Shown: positions 42,653 to 52,552, counted from the stretch's first letter. The stretch: DNA of 64,000 nt from Wolbachia endosymbiont of Folsomia candida (GCA_041949685.1 JBHGAL010000001.1:36015-100014), one strand, 5' to 3'. Made by a program: numbers and translations. Notes: a model not told the origin generated them from the letters alone.

Positions 42653-43432
42653 CTAACTCTTGCGAACCAAACTCAGCATCCTATCCGGAAAATCCGTTAA
42701 TATACCATCAACCTCTAAAGCTAATAGCCTTTCCATATCTTCGACTTCGTTGACAGTCCAAGCATCAACCCGAATATTTTTTTTATGTGCTGCCTTTACA
42801 AAATGTCCAGTTACCATTTCGTAGGGAACTTCTAGAGCCGCAGCAGATAATAAAAAAGGTCGCGTTAAAAATAACTTACTCAATTTCGAAAAGCGATCCA
42901 TTTCTGCTTCTGTTCCAGCAGTTGCGATATTAGGACATAGCCTACGCACGACTTTCATGGTGCGTGAATTAAAAGCGGACACTAATACTTGTTTAGTTTT
43001 ATTATACTGATTTATAAGCCCTCTTAATGCAGCCACAATAGGCGGGTCATTTTGTTTTATCTCTATATTAATAACTTGCTTTGGAAAGGCCGCAAAGATT
43101 TCGTTCAAACTTGGAATTTTAATTCCTTGGCCCCGAAAAGGGAAAGTACGACCTTCGTCATTAGTCCAACGATACCCTGCATCTAATTTTTTCAATTCTG
43201 CCAATGTAAGATCTTGCACTAATCCTTTAGCGTTGGTTGTACGATCGATTGATTCATCATGGATAGCGACTAAAACACCGTCTCTAGTCATATGAATATC
43301 AATCTCACTTAAATCTGCCCCTAGTTTTGCTGCCTCTTGTAAGGCGAATAAGGTATTTTCAGGCCATAGCCCCGCTCCTCCACGATGAGCAATAACAAGC
43401 GGCTTTGCATTAACCTGATAAAGTGGAAACAT
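42653..43432 (-). CDS. glycerophosphodiester phosphodiesterase (GDPD family)
   Basis: 259 aa. It has VIAHRGG...PENT and EIDIHMTRDGVLVAIHD, the GDPD catalytic motifs. Confidence 0.85.
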   Translation of the reverse strand: MFPLYQVNAKPLVIAHRGGAGLWPENTLFALQEAAKLGADLSEIDIHMTRDGVLVAIHDESIDRTTNAKGLVQDLTLAELKKLDAGYRWTNDEGRTFPFRGQGIKIPSLNEIFAAFPKQVINIEIKQNDPPIVAALRGLINQYNKTKQVLVSAFNSRTMKVVRRLCPNIATAGTEAEMDRFSKLSKLFLTRPFLLSAAALEVPYEMVTGHFVKAAHKKNIRVDAWTVNEVEDMERLLALEVDGILTDFPDRMLSLVRKS

Positions 43433-43581
43433 ACAAATCCCATAATACTTAGTATAAATATCTTCTTTTGATAAAGAAATATGATAAAATATTCCTCATT
43501 TATAGCATGTAAAGCCTTAAAATACTAACTCACACTAAGTTAAAGCTTGCTTGCATCTTTGTCCAATGAGGTCTTTTTTCC

Positions 43582-44079
43582 ATGAAGGAATATCATTATA
43601 CTCCTATCTGCAGGGAGTCTACACGATCTACCTTTTTCGATTATATTAATAACATTAGCATACCTCCCATCGATTATTTTGCTGTGGGTATAGAAGATCA
43701 TGCCCAAAAAAAACTCATTTCTCTTATTTCCCGATTAGAATGGCAAATTTATTTCGATAAAAATCAAATAACCAAGAATGACCCATTAATTCAAGCTAAA
43801 AAATTATCTCAGAGAAATATTATACCTTTTTCAGAAATAGACTATATCGATTCTTTCGGAAAAGAAGTCATGCGACAGCGATCACTACATGGTATGAAAA
43901 ATGGCTTAATGCTTACACATAAGCAAAATCATCTAGACTACATGATTGTAATAGCTACTGGGCTCTCTAAATTTAATCATTATAGTTTTCTCGCTAAATA
44001 TTATACGCAGCTTACGAGGCTTAAAAATGACCTTAGTAAGATCATTGAAAGGGAAATTAACTATACTCTTCGCACTTGA
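43582..44079 (+). CDS. LuxR-type autoinducer-binding-domain-like protein without HTH (tentative)
   Basis: 165 aa. LEWQIYFDKNQITKNDP reproduces the W...Y...DP spacing of LuxR/LasR ligand-binding domains (W to DP is 13 residues). No GerE/LuxR HTH follows. The last 6 codons, including the stop, lie inside MITE copy D. Confidence 0.4.
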   Translation: MKEYHYTPICRESTRSTFFDYINNISIPPIDYFAVGIEDHAQKKLISLISRLEWQIYFDKNQITKNDPLIQAKKLSQRNIIPFSEIDYIDSFGKEVMRQRSLHGMKNGLMLTHKQNHLDYMIVIATGLSKFNHYSFLAKYYTQLTRLKNDLSKIIEREINYTLRT

Positions 44080-44187
44080 ATTTTTGTCTGTATTGGCGCT
44101 CAATTCGCAATCCACATGTATATTACATACTCTCCGGTTGCTTCATTCTCGCGGCGCCTGCCAAAAAATCCAATTGTTGTGAGTATA
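44062..44187 (+). repeat. MITE/REP-like palindromic element, copy D
   Basis: TATACTCTTCGCACTTGAATTTTTGTCTGTATTGGCGC...GCGGCGCCTGCCAAAAAATCCAATTGTTGTGAGTATA has the terminal inverted repeats TATACTC and GAGTATA. Confidence 0.85.
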
Positions 44188-44219
44188 CATTTTAAATTGA
44201 AGCATCTTATTTTTAATCC

Positions 44220-44888
44220 TTATTCGTCTTTTCTTCGGACCCAAATAACTGCTGCAGCAGCTTCTATATCCGCATCAAAAATAATAGGTTCCGCCGTTCT
44301 TCCCATAGGATTCAAACAAGCAAGATTAAAGCGCCCTAAAGAATCTTTAAAAAGTCGCCGGAAGTATTGTCCACCACCCTTCAAGTAAATGATACAGTCC
44401 TTATTGACTATCGAGTCAAACTCATTGCTGGATCTAAGTCGTCCCCCCACATAATCTCCAGCTCTATAATGAGGACTCATTTCATCATTAGAAACTATCA
44501 TGACTACTGCATTAGAGTAGCGATCTCGAAACTCCTGTGCGTCTCGCATCATAGCAATCTCATCATCTTCATCGATAGGTAAATTAACAATCTCGCTAGG
44601 CATAGCAAAATAATGGCCTAATGAAAGCCTAATTGTAGGGTCTAATCCTTTGCCCTCAGCTATCCAAGACTCATCAACTATTAAACCTTCATTTTTATAG
44701 ACGGCTACGCAGCGTCTAATGCCATTTTTAGAAATCTTGAGCATACTATTTTCCCAAGACTTCAAAGTAATTTCTGGCAATTTATATTTTTTTTCTATAT
44801 ATGCCCTGGTCAATCTCAGAATCGAGCGTAAATATTTAAGTCGTGCGCCGGGAGTATCTAAATTACGTTGAAGTAATGCCTGGGACAT
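44220..44888 (-). CDS. XRE-type HTH regulator with C-terminal S24/LexA-like domain (catalytic dyad apparently absent)
   Basis: 222 aa. The N-terminus GARLKYLRSILRLTRAYIEKKY...LKSWENS is HTH_3-like. The C-terminus IVSNDEMSPHYRAGDYVGG ... YFRRLF aligns to the S24 motifs GDSM.P..GD and KRL, with Ser replaced by Glu and Lys by Arg. Confidence 0.55.
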   Translation of the reverse strand: MSQALLQRNLDTPGARLKYLRSILRLTRAYIEKKYKLPEITLKSWENSMLKISKNGIRRCVAVYKNEGLIVDESWIAEGKGLDPTIRLSLGHYFAMPSEIVNLPIDEDDEIAMMRDAQEFRDRYSNAVVMIVSNDEMSPHYRAGDYVGGRLRSSNEFDSIVNKDCIIYLKGGGQYFRRLFKDSLGRFNLACLNPMGRTAEPIIFDADIEAAAAVIWVRRKDE

Positions 44889-45089
44889 AATGGTCAGTCT
44901 CCTTGTAAGAGATATTTATTAAGCTTAAAAAAATTATTTTAACTCAAGTAGTTAACTAAAAATAGATAAAAAATGCTAGCCTACTTAAGACCAAATATGG
45001 TTTTTTATTTTTCGGCCACTAGACTTGAGGGGGGGCTATAAGGTACCTTCTACGCAATTTTATTTAGTTTAATTATTTACTTATATATT

Positions 45090-46550
45090 ATGAAAATGAT
45101 TTCAGAAGGCTTAACGTTTGACGATATACTATTACTCCCCAATCATTCGATGGTTTTACCTAAAGATGTATCTCTGGAAACGCAATTAACTTCTAAAATT
45201 AATTTAAAAATTCCTTTGATCTCTGCCGCTATGGATACAGTCACCGAAGCTAAGCTTGCAATAGCGCTTGCTCAAGAAGGTGGCTTAGGCATTATTCATA
45301 AAAATATGCCCATAGAAACCCAAACCCAACAAATTAGAAAGGTAAAAAACTTTGAAAATGGAATGGTAAGAAATCCCATTACCGTTGCTCCGGAAACAAC
45401 TTTACGAGAATTACTTAAACTAATGGCTACTTATTCAATTTCAGGGATACCCGTTATCGAAAAGGACCAATTAGTAGGCATAGTCACGCATAGAGACATA
45501 CGATTCGAAGAAAGCTTAGATCAACCTGCCTCCCAAGTGATGACCCCTAAAGAACGGCTTATCACAGCCAAAGAACAGGCTACACCGGAAGAGATAATAG
45601 ATTTACTGCACCGACATCGCTTAGAAAAAATCTTGATTGTCGACGATCAATTTCGTTGTCGAGGTTTAATGACAGCAAAAGATTTACAAAAAACCAAAGA
45701 AAAACCCTTCGCTACTAAAGATCCACGTGGCCAGTTATGCGTGGGTGCAGCTGTAGGCATTGGTATCAATGCAAAAGAACGTGCAGCAGCGTTGATTGAA
45801 GCAGGTGCTGATATAATCTGTGTTGATACTGCACATGGCCATGCTCAAAGTGTTCTCGACATGGTTAAATGGTTGAAAACTAAATATCCTGATGTTTCTC
45901 TCATAGCTGGAAATATTGCTACTGCTGATGCAGCACAAGCCCTAGCGATAGCGGGTGCAGATGCTATAAAAGTAGGTGTGGGACCGGGCTCAATTTGTAC
46001 AACTCGCATTGTGACAGGTGTAGGTGTCCCCCAAATTACAGCCATCATGAATGTTGCTGCGGCACTAAAAGGAAAGCCAGTAACCATCATTGCTGATGGT
46101 GGAATTCGTTATTCAGGAGACCTTTGTAAAGCATTGGCTGCTGGCGCACATGCTGTCATGATAGGCAGCTTGTTTGCTGGCACTGAAGAAGCTCCTGGAG
46201 AAATAGAGCTTTATCAAAGTCAACCTTACAAAGCCTATCGTGGCATGGGCTCTTTAGGGGCCATGCAACAAGGATCATCTGATCGCTATTTTCAAGATGC
46301 TTTAGAATCAAACAAACTAGTTCCCGAGGGCATAGAAGGAAGAATACCTTATAAAGGTCCTTTGCAAACAGTTATTCACCATTTACTAGGTGGAGTTAGG
46401 GCCGGAATGGGATATACAGGAAGCGTTGATATTGCCGATCTTCACAAAAAGGCACAGTTTATAAAACTAACCGCTGCCGGCATAAGAGAAAGCCATGTGC
46501 ACAATGTGGCAATTACTAAAGAAGCTCCTAATTATTACCGAGAAGATTGA
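45090..46550 (+). CDS. guaB: IMP dehydrogenase
   Basis: 486 aa. It has [10 protein letters not shown], a tandem CBS insert, the catalytic loop [11 protein letters not shown] and GGIRYSGD. Confidence 0.97.
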   Translation: MKMISEGLTFDDILLLPNHSMVLPKDVSLETQLTSKINLKIPLISAAMDTVTEAKLAIALAQEGGLGIIHKNMPIETQTQQIRKVKNFENGMVRNPITVAPETTLRELLKLMATYSISGIPVIEKDQLVGIVTHRDIRFEESLDQPASQVMTPKERLITAKEQATPEEIIDLLHRHRLEKILIVDDQFRCRGLMTAKDLQKTKEKPFATKDPRGQLCVGAAVGIGINAKERAAALIEAGADIICVDTAHGHAQSVLDMVKWLKTKYPDVSLIAGNIATADAAQALAIAGADAIKVGVGPGSICTTRIVTGVGVPQITAIMNVAAALKGKPVTIIADGGIRYSGDLCKALAAGAHAVMIGSLFAGTEEAPGEIELYQSQPYKAYRGMGSLGAMQQGSSDRYFQDALESNKLVPEGIEGRIPYKGPLQTVIHHLLGGVRAGMGYTGSVDIADLHKKAQFIKLTAAGIRESHVHNVAITKEAPNYYRED

Positions 46551-46640
46551 ATATTTCTCGATATCAACTCTTAGTAATACTTAACCTTTTTTTATGAAAC
46601 TTAAAATTAAATCTCTAATAAAAACGGAGTGTACCTTAAG

Positions 46641-48212
46641 ATGACTATCCCACAAGAACGCATATTAATTCTCGATTTTGGCTCACAATATACGCCGCTA
46701 ATCGCGCGACGCATTCGTGAATTGCATGTTTATTGTGAAATCCTTCCTTTTGATATCTCAGAGGCTGAAATTTTAGCTTTTGCACCAAAAGGAATTATCT
46801 TATCCGGTGGACCTGAAACCGTTACCTCAAACACCACCCCGCGAGCACCAAAAATAGTATTTAGCTTAGGTTGTCCGGTTTTAGGGATTTGTTATGGCAT
46901 GCAAACCATGGCGGAACAACTTGGTGGTAAAGTCGTTTCGTGTGCAAACCGAGAATTCGGATATGCTCCCGCTTTAGTGACTACCGAAACTGAACTGCTA
47001 ACTCATATTCGAGATAATCCAAAAAATGAAAAAAATGCGTTATTAGATGTCTGGATGAGTCATGGTGATCATGTTGAACAACTCCCTCCTGGCTTTGTTG
47101 TTATATTAAACACGCCTAACACTCCTATTGCTGGCATGGCAGATCCAACACGCCATTTTTATGGGTTACAATTCCATCCAGAAGTGACTCATACGCGTCA
47201 AGGAAAAAAAATATTGGCTCGTTTTGTGGAAAAAATTTGCCACTGCCAACCAAGCTGGACAGCGCCTAAAATTTTGGAACATGAGATTGCGGAAATTAAA
47301 AAGAAAGTAGGCGAAGAAAAGGTTTTACTAGCGCTTTCCGGTGGTGTCGATTCTACTGTCTTAGCCGCCTTATTACACAAAGCTATTGGCAAGCAATTAT
47401 TATGCGTTTTCGTTAATACCGGCCTACTCCGTATTACTGATAAAGATTCTGCTATTCAAGCTTTAGCAGATGATATGCATATCTCAGTTGTAAAAATCGA
47501 TGCCTCTGAGCGCTTTATAAACATCCTAAAAGGAATTACTGATCCAGAGGAAAAACGTAAAGCCATCGGTAATTTATTTGTTGAAATATTCGAAACTGAA
47601 GCCAGTAAATACCCAGACATAGCTTGGTTAGCACAAGGCACTATCTATTCTGATGTCATTGAATCTGCTGGTACAAGTACTCAAAAAGCCCATGCTATTA
47701 AATCTCATCACAACGTGGGGGGGCTGCCCGATACACTCAAACTTAAGTTATTAGAACCATTACGTGAATTATTTAAGGATGAGGTATGTGAATTGGGCTT
47801 AGAATTAGGCTTACCTCCCGAACTTGTATATAAACATCCTTTTCCAGGTCCTGGATTAGCCATACGTGTTTTAGGCGAGGTCAATCAAAAAAATATTAAT
47901 CTTGTCCGTAAAGCCGATCTTATTTTACAAGAAGAACTTCGTGCACAAAATTATTATAATAAAATAAGCCAAGCATTCTGCGTTTTTTTGCCGGTAAATT
48001 CTGTCGGAGTTATTGGAGATGCTCGTCAATATGCGCCAATCATTGCGATCCGCGCTATAGAAACAATAGATTTTATGACGGCTCGCTGGGCACATCTGCC
48101 TTATCATTTACTTGAGACTGTATCAAATCGAATAATTAATGAGGTGGCTGGTATTTCTCGAGTAGTTTATGATATTTCAGGAAAACCCCCTGCAACGATA
48201 GAATGGGAGTAA
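46641..48212 (+). CDS. guaA: GMP synthase (glutamine-hydrolysing)
   Basis: The ATG at 46641 gives [18 protein letters not shown]. It has a GATase Cys motif GICYGMQ, the PP-loop SGGVDSTV and the C-terminal PPATIEWE. Confidence 0.97.
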   Translation: MTIPQERILILDFGSQYTPLIARRIRELHVYCEILPFDISEAEILAFAPKGIILSGGPETVTSNTTPRAPKIVFSLGCPVLGICYGMQTMAEQLGGKVVSCANREFGYAPALVTTETELLTHIRDNPKNEKNALLDVWMSHGDHVEQLPPGFVVILNTPNTPIAGMADPTRHFYGLQFHPEVTHTRQGKKILARFVEKICHCQPSWTAPKILEHEIAEIKKKVGEEKVLLALSGGVDSTVLAALLHKAIGKQLLCVFVNTGLLRITDKDSAIQALADDMHISVVKIDASERFINILKGITDPEEKRKAIGNLFVEIFETEASKYPDIAWLAQGTIYSDVIESAGTSTQKAHAIKSHHNVGGLPDTLKLKLLEPLRELFKDEVCELGLELGLPPELVYKHPFPGPGLAIRVLGEVNQKNINLVRKADLILQEELRAQNYYNKISQAFCVFLPVNSVGVIGDARQYAPIIAIRAIETIDFMTARWAHLPYHLLETVSNRIINEVAGISRVVYDISGKPPATIEWE

Positions 48213-48320
48213 AACCCTTTTATCTAAATCTCGCAGGTAATGAGAAGCCATTTTTGACTTTAACCCATCTGTTCAATAGACTTGATTTACTCATACTTCA
48301 TTGAAGTAGCGATTTAAACT

Positions 48321-49397
48321 ATGCTGCAACTTGTTAAAAACTGGTTTACCCGATACTTTCTCGACCCAGAATTAGCTATTTTATGGCTATTTCTGTTGTT
48401 TATTATCATCGTTTTTGCCACTTTAGGAAAAATTTTAGCTCCGGTATTTGTCAGTGTTGTGATGGCTTATTTGTTACAATGGCCCATTAGCTCCTTAGAA
48501 AAACTCGGCTTACCTCGAATTGCGGCAGTTTTAGGGGTTTATATGAGTTTTGTAGGTTTGGTTATTCTTGGGATCGTGGGTTTATTACCGTTGCTATTTC
48601 GTCAATTAAGTAACTTAATAGCTGAATTGCCTGCCATGACTGCAAAGGGCCAAGCACTACTCTTATATCTCCCTACTCGTTACCCAGGTTACACTTCGGC
48701 CAGTCAAATTCAAGAGTGGATTACTCAGTTTAAAGCTGAATTAACCCATTCTGGGCAAGGAATATTATCTGCTTCATTAGGCTATATTCCCAATGTCATT
48801 GCATTTGCCATTTACTTCGTATTAGTCCCATTATTAGTTTATTTTTTCTTATTAGATGAAAAAAAAATAATCACCTGGCTGACTCAATATTTACCTGAAA
48901 AACGTCGATTAATTTCTCAAGTCTGGACAGAAGTTCTTACACAAACAGGTAATTATGTAAGAGGAAAAGCTTTAGAGATGTTGATAGTCTGGATAATTAC
49001 TTATCTAGCTTTCGCAATACTTGGCCTTCAATACGCTATATTACTCAGTGTACTAGTTGGGATTTCGGTAATTATCCCCTATATAGGGGCTGTTATGGTA
49101 ACTATTCCTGTTCTTATTATTGGATTTTTGGAATGGGGATGGACAGCGCATTTTGGATATCTGGTTGCAGTTTACGCTTTAATTATTACATTAGATGCCA
49201 ATGTGTTAGTCCCTTTTTTATTTTCTGAAGCAGTAGATTTACATCCAGTAACTATCATTATCGCAGTACTTATATTCGGAGGTTTACTAGGATTCTGGGG
49301 GGTGTTTTTTGCTATCCCTCTAGCTAGCGTGGTAAAAGCTATTCTTAATGCTATTTCTTACAAAAAGATAGCTGCGCATAAAAATAAATTATGTTAA
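48321..49397 (+). CDS. AI-2E family transporter (PerM/YhhT, UPF0118)
   Basis: 358 aa with about 8 TM helices. The IPYIGAV motif and the overall layout fit the AI-2E/PerM family. Confidence 0.8.
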   Translation: MLQLVKNWFTRYFLDPELAILWLFLLFIIIVFATLGKILAPVFVSVVMAYLLQWPISSLEKLGLPRIAAVLGVYMSFVGLVILGIVGLLPLLFRQLSNLIAELPAMTAKGQALLLYLPTRYPGYTSASQIQEWITQFKAELTHSGQGILSASLGYIPNVIAFAIYFVLVPLLVYFFLLDEKKIITWLTQYLPEKRRLISQVWTEVLTQTGNYVRGKALEMLIVWIITYLAFAILGLQYAILLSVLVGISVIIPYIGAVMVTIPVLIIGFLEWGWTAHFGYLVAVYALIITLDANVLVPFLFSEAVDLHPVTIIIAVLIFGGLLGFWGVFFAIPLASVVKAILNAISYKKIAAHKNKLC

Positions 49398-49404
49398 TGA
49401 TCTA

Positions 49405-49869
49405 TTAACTCAATTCGCCAATCGCTTGTAAAACTGCATCTACGTGACCAAGTACTTTTATCTTTCTCCATTCCCGTCGCAAAATGCCCTGTTTATCAAT
49501 CAAAAAAGTACTTCTTTCTATGCCGTAAGATTTTCGGCCGTACATAATTTTTTCTTTTAATACATCATATAACTTAGATACTTTTTCTTCAGCATCAGAT
49601 AATAATTCAAAAGGAAATTGCTGCTCTGATTTGAATTTTTCATGTAACTTCAGGCTATCACGGGAAACTCCTAAAATTATTGTATTTAGGGAAGCGAATT
49701 TTTTATAATTTTCCGCGAAATCTTTTCCTTCCTGCGTACACCCCGGCGTGCAGTCTTTAGGATAAAAATACAAAACAATATTTTTACCAATTACATCCTT
49801 TAAACTTACAATTTTACCGCTAGTGGCAGGCAAACTAAAATCTGGTGCAGGCTCGTTTATAACTAACAT
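49405..49869 (-). CDS. bcp: thioredoxin-dependent peroxiredoxin Bcp
   Basis: 154 aa. FYPKDCTPGCT contains the peroxidatic Cys motif. Confidence 0.92.
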   Translation of the reverse strand: MLVINEPAPDFSLPATSGKIVSLKDVIGKNIVLYFYPKDCTPGCTQEGKDFAENYKKFASLNTIILGVSRDSLKLHEKFKSEQQFPFELLSDAEEKVSKLYDVLKEKIMYGRKSYGIERSTFLIDKQGILRREWRKIKVLGHVDAVLQAIGELS

Positions 49870-49903
49870 ATTAACTAATAATATTTAAAGATTAAAAATA
49901 GAT

Positions 49904-50419
49904 CTAATTTTTCTGAGGTTCCATGGCCACATCAAAATTGTTTTCATCACAAAACACAATAAAGTGTTCGCGAAAATCAGCTACTAAATGATGTGCTGGA
50001 AAACCAAATGACAGAGATATACCAAGCATTGCAGCTTCTGTTATTGGCGCTTTATATGATTCTATATGAAGGTTGTATAGCGTTACTTCCTGCTCAGATA
50101 AAAACTGAGTAATCTTAGCTAAAACATCAGGTATATCAGGTGCCACAATATAAGAGGAATAAGGAAAACTATCGGGTTGTGCGCCTCTAAATTGTGTACG
50201 TGCAACCAAAACCTGACCTTCATATTTTTTTATGAGTGTTTCGAATTTAGCGATGGTATTCCAGGCGCCTCCAATCAACAAGGTCATCGTTATATGTGTT
50301 GCGGTGGTATTTACACGCGCATCCACAATATGGCAACCGCTGTGAGCAACCAATCGAAATACTTGATCAGTAAGCTGATTTTCATTAAGGCCTAGGACAA
50401 CAACAACCAGGTTTTCCAT
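49904..50419 (-). CDS. gcvR: glycine cleavage system transcriptional repressor GcvR-like (tandem ACT)
   Basis: 171 aa with two ACT-like halves. It is adjacent to bcp, as gcvR is in E. coli. Confidence 0.6.
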   Translation of the reverse strand: MENLVVVVLGLNENQLTDQVFRLVAHSGCHIVDARVNTTATHITMTLLIGGAWNTIAKFETLIKKYEGQVLVARTQFRGAQPDSFPYSSYIVAPDIPDVLAKITQFLSEQEVTLYNLHIESYKAPITEAAMLGISLSFGFPAHHLVADFREHFIVFCDENNFDVAMEPQKN

Positions 50420-50702
50420 AAATATTAATCATGTTTTTCTAACGAGCGGGTAGTCTATTCTTTTTTAGGGGGGTTGTCACTAGGGGGATCCGGTAGGCTT
50501 AATATAGCTTGAGCTGAGCTTCCACATCGGATTCTGGTTTGTATGCCTTATATCTCTATCCTAGGTCTTTTAATTTACTCGAAGATTCAAAATCCCTAAA
50601 AACACACTTTTAAAGCGGGTGGGCGCGGTGGAAATCACATTAACCAGCCAATGCCCTTATGCTACTGAACTAACAGATCGGAGGGTTAACTAGATTCCAT
50701 CC

Positions 50703-51539
50703 TCATAATACTTCTGGTTTTTTTAAAGCCTTTTTACCTTCTGAGACCAAACGACGCTCCACTTTTCTGACGTCTTCCGCAGGATTGAGAATTTCTGGTC
50801 GAATACCGCGCTCCAAGAGCGTTTTACGAACAGCTTCATTGCTAGTGATATGTTCCCTAGAAATCGCTGTTTCAGCTTTCATGCTATGTACTTTTGCATT
50901 GAAAATTGTAATTTCCGCAGCAAAGTCTTTGGCCTTCAAAATAATTGTGGGCGCAAAATCAGCTAATGGACGGTTGTCTGGTACTTTCCAGCGAGTTTTC
51001 ATAGATTGAGTTGATTTATTAAAAAGCGCCTGGTCTCCTTTACTCCGAATAAGCGCAAAATCTTGATTACCACCTGTTTGTTCATAGATTATCTGGGAAA
51101 GCTCTTTTTCAGTTTTCGATAATTTTTTGCGCGCAGAAACTCGCTCTGTTTCAAGAAGTCGCTGCTCAATTAACTCTGCTCGCCGTGTCTGTATAGCAAA
51201 ATAAGCCTGAGCGAAAGCTATCTCCGGTTTTCTGGGATCGCCATTCTGTGCAATTAGATAACAGGCATAACGAGTAAGCATAATGTCATCAATCTTACGT
51301 TGACTACCTGAGCCTAAATCAACCATTTTCCCGACGTCAGCAAAATGGTCTATTGCCTTATGGCCGGAAACTTCACAAGAAGTTCTAGCTTTCAAGACGA
51401 CATTTAGAAAATTATCCCATTTGGCATAGGCTAGTAGATATTGAATATCGCGAGCTAACCAGAATTCTATCCCTTCATCGGTCTGCTGTGCGTGGGCTTC
51501 AAAATTATTGGTTAATACACAAATTAAGTCTGTTTTCAT
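50703..51539 (-). CDS. dinD: DNA damage-inducible protein D homolog
   Basis: The ATG at 51539 (MKTDL) has AGGAG 8 nt upstream; the track start at 51548 is GTG. WLARDIQYLLAY..W.NF..V..KA...CE.SGH...DHF and RYACYLIAQNGDP...IAFAQAYFAIQTR parallel E. coli DinD as I recall it. Confidence 0.7.
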   Translation of the reverse strand: MKTDLICVLTNNFEAHAQQTDEGIEFWLARDIQYLLAYAKWDNFLNVVLKARTSCEVSGHKAIDHFADVGKMVDLGSGSQRKIDDIMLTRYACYLIAQNGDPRKPEIAFAQAYFAIQTRRAELIEQRLLETERVSARKKLSKTEKELSQIIYEQTGGNQDFALIRSKGDQALFNKSTQSMKTRWKVPDNRPLADFAPTIILKAKDFAAEITIFNAKVHSMKAETAISREHITSNEAVRKTLLERGIRPEILNPAEDVRKVERRLVSEGKKALKKPEVL

Positions 51540-51548
51540 AACAAACAC

Positions 51549-51970
51549 TCCTGCTGGGAACCTGTGGCAATAGCATAGGCGAAATACTTGACCACAATTT
51601 TGATGCTCTATATGCAGTTTCTTCAGTTTCTATTGCGCCTCGGCTTTCAATTCGACGTAAAGTATTGAGTAATTCTACGATTCAAAGCTATTTTGGGCTG
51701 TTAGTTTTGCTGCTCATTTAGACGCTTGTTTAGTAAGCGCTGAGTCTATTTTTTCAATAAGTAATTTTCAAGCCTTATCTCGGGCATAAACCAAACCAAT
51801 CTAAGGATAGAGGCTAATTTATAACAGCTTTTCTTACCTGCAAAACGATATTTAAACCGCCAAGACGAACCACTTGGCTTAACAAATAAAAACAATCCTT
51901 TTTCATCAGCAAACTAATAAGCTCTTTCCTTATGCTTAGCACTGGGCAATGTTACATTTTTAAGTGGCAT
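51549..51970 (-). pseudogene. P4-type (tyrosine) integrase, decayed N-terminal remnant
   Basis: The minus-strand hand translation gives MPLKNVTLPSAKHKERAY*FADEKGLFLFVKPSGSSWRFKYRFAGKK. After a frameshift it reads KLL*ISLYP*IGLVYARDKA*KLL...NSFES...YFAYAIATGS. This matches the DUF4102 N-terminal pattern GLYL.V.PSGSK.WR.KYRF.GK...L.LG.YP..SL..AR of P4-like integrases. The catalytic domain is missing, and the remnant lies next to the ssrA 3' end. Confidence 0.7.
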
Positions 51971-52073
51971 TTGACGGTATCTTATTATTGGAATATATAA
52001 ATATTCTTCAATTATACTCCACTTAACCTTGGACATTGGGGCGCACTTCTTAAGCTTCATTGGAAGAAATATA

Positions 52074-52102
52074 AATAAAAAGCCCCTTATTCACAAGGGG
52101 CT
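52074..52102 (-). terminator. rho-independent terminator of ssrA
   Basis: On the minus strand, AGCCCCTT-GTGAAT-AAGGGGCT is followed by a T-run. It lies about 37 nt after the tmRNA CCA end. Confidence 0.6.
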
Positions 52103-52138
52103 CTTTGAGATGGTTTTGGAAGTGTTGAGATAAAAATT

Positions 52139-52552
52139 TGGTGGAGGCGGTGGGAATCGAACCCACGTCCGCCAGTCCGCTGCCTTTGGCACTACATGTT
52201 TAGTACAATCTTTAAGTTTAATCGATCCATCTCCGATTGACAGGGAATTGACCGACGATTCTGTTTGGTTTTAGTAGCTTTCGCCTCAGAAGGGGCTAGA
52301 CTACGAGCTTGTCAGTTATGACCACTACCTCCACATACAAGCCTATGGAGTTCATGGCGCCGGCTGCTGTTTAGGCAGCGCCAACGACGTTAAAATTAAC
52401 TACCGGTTAGGCAGCAATAGCAACATCGTTGTTTCTAGCGAAATAGTTGTCATTTTCTGCAACTATAGGTTTGCAACATGATTAACGAGGCAAAGTTGCG
52501 TCCTCGACATGCACCTCAGGGTTTGTAACCGGCGTCGAAGCCGATCGCCCCC
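52139..52552 (-). ncRNA. ssrA: tmRNA (SsrA)
   Basis: The 5' end GGGGGCGATCGGCTTCGACGCCGG pairs with the 3' end ...CCGCCTCCACCA, including the G3:U wobble. A T-arm GGGTTCGATTCCCACC is present. The tag ORF at 52407-52460 reads GCAGAAAATGACAACTATTTCGCTAGAAACAACGATGTTGCTATTGCTGCCTAA and encodes AENDNYFARNNDVAIAA*. The gene lies directly downstream of smpB. Confidence 0.9.

Noticed and set aside
44116-44388. The 90-aa ORF is in the same frame as the LuxR-like ORF, and the 126-bp MITE is a multiple of 3. Precise excision would fuse them into a ~227-aa LuxR-sized protein.
   Set aside because: The downstream part (HFKLKHLIFNPYSSFLRTQITAAAAS...) has no GerE/LuxR HTH features. It is antisense to the conserved C-terminal domain of the XRE/S24 gene, so the frame continuity is most likely coincidental.
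50420-50616. Roughly 200-bp ORF-free stretch with locally G-rich runs (TAGGGGGGTTGTCACTAGGGGGATCC) between gcvR and the candidate att site; also the 237-bp spacer at 42416-42652
   Set aside because: I checked by eye for SRP RNA, 6S and RNase P signatures and for gene remnants in all frames, and recognised nothing. They may hold promoters or sRNAs, but the sequence alone gives no positive evidence.
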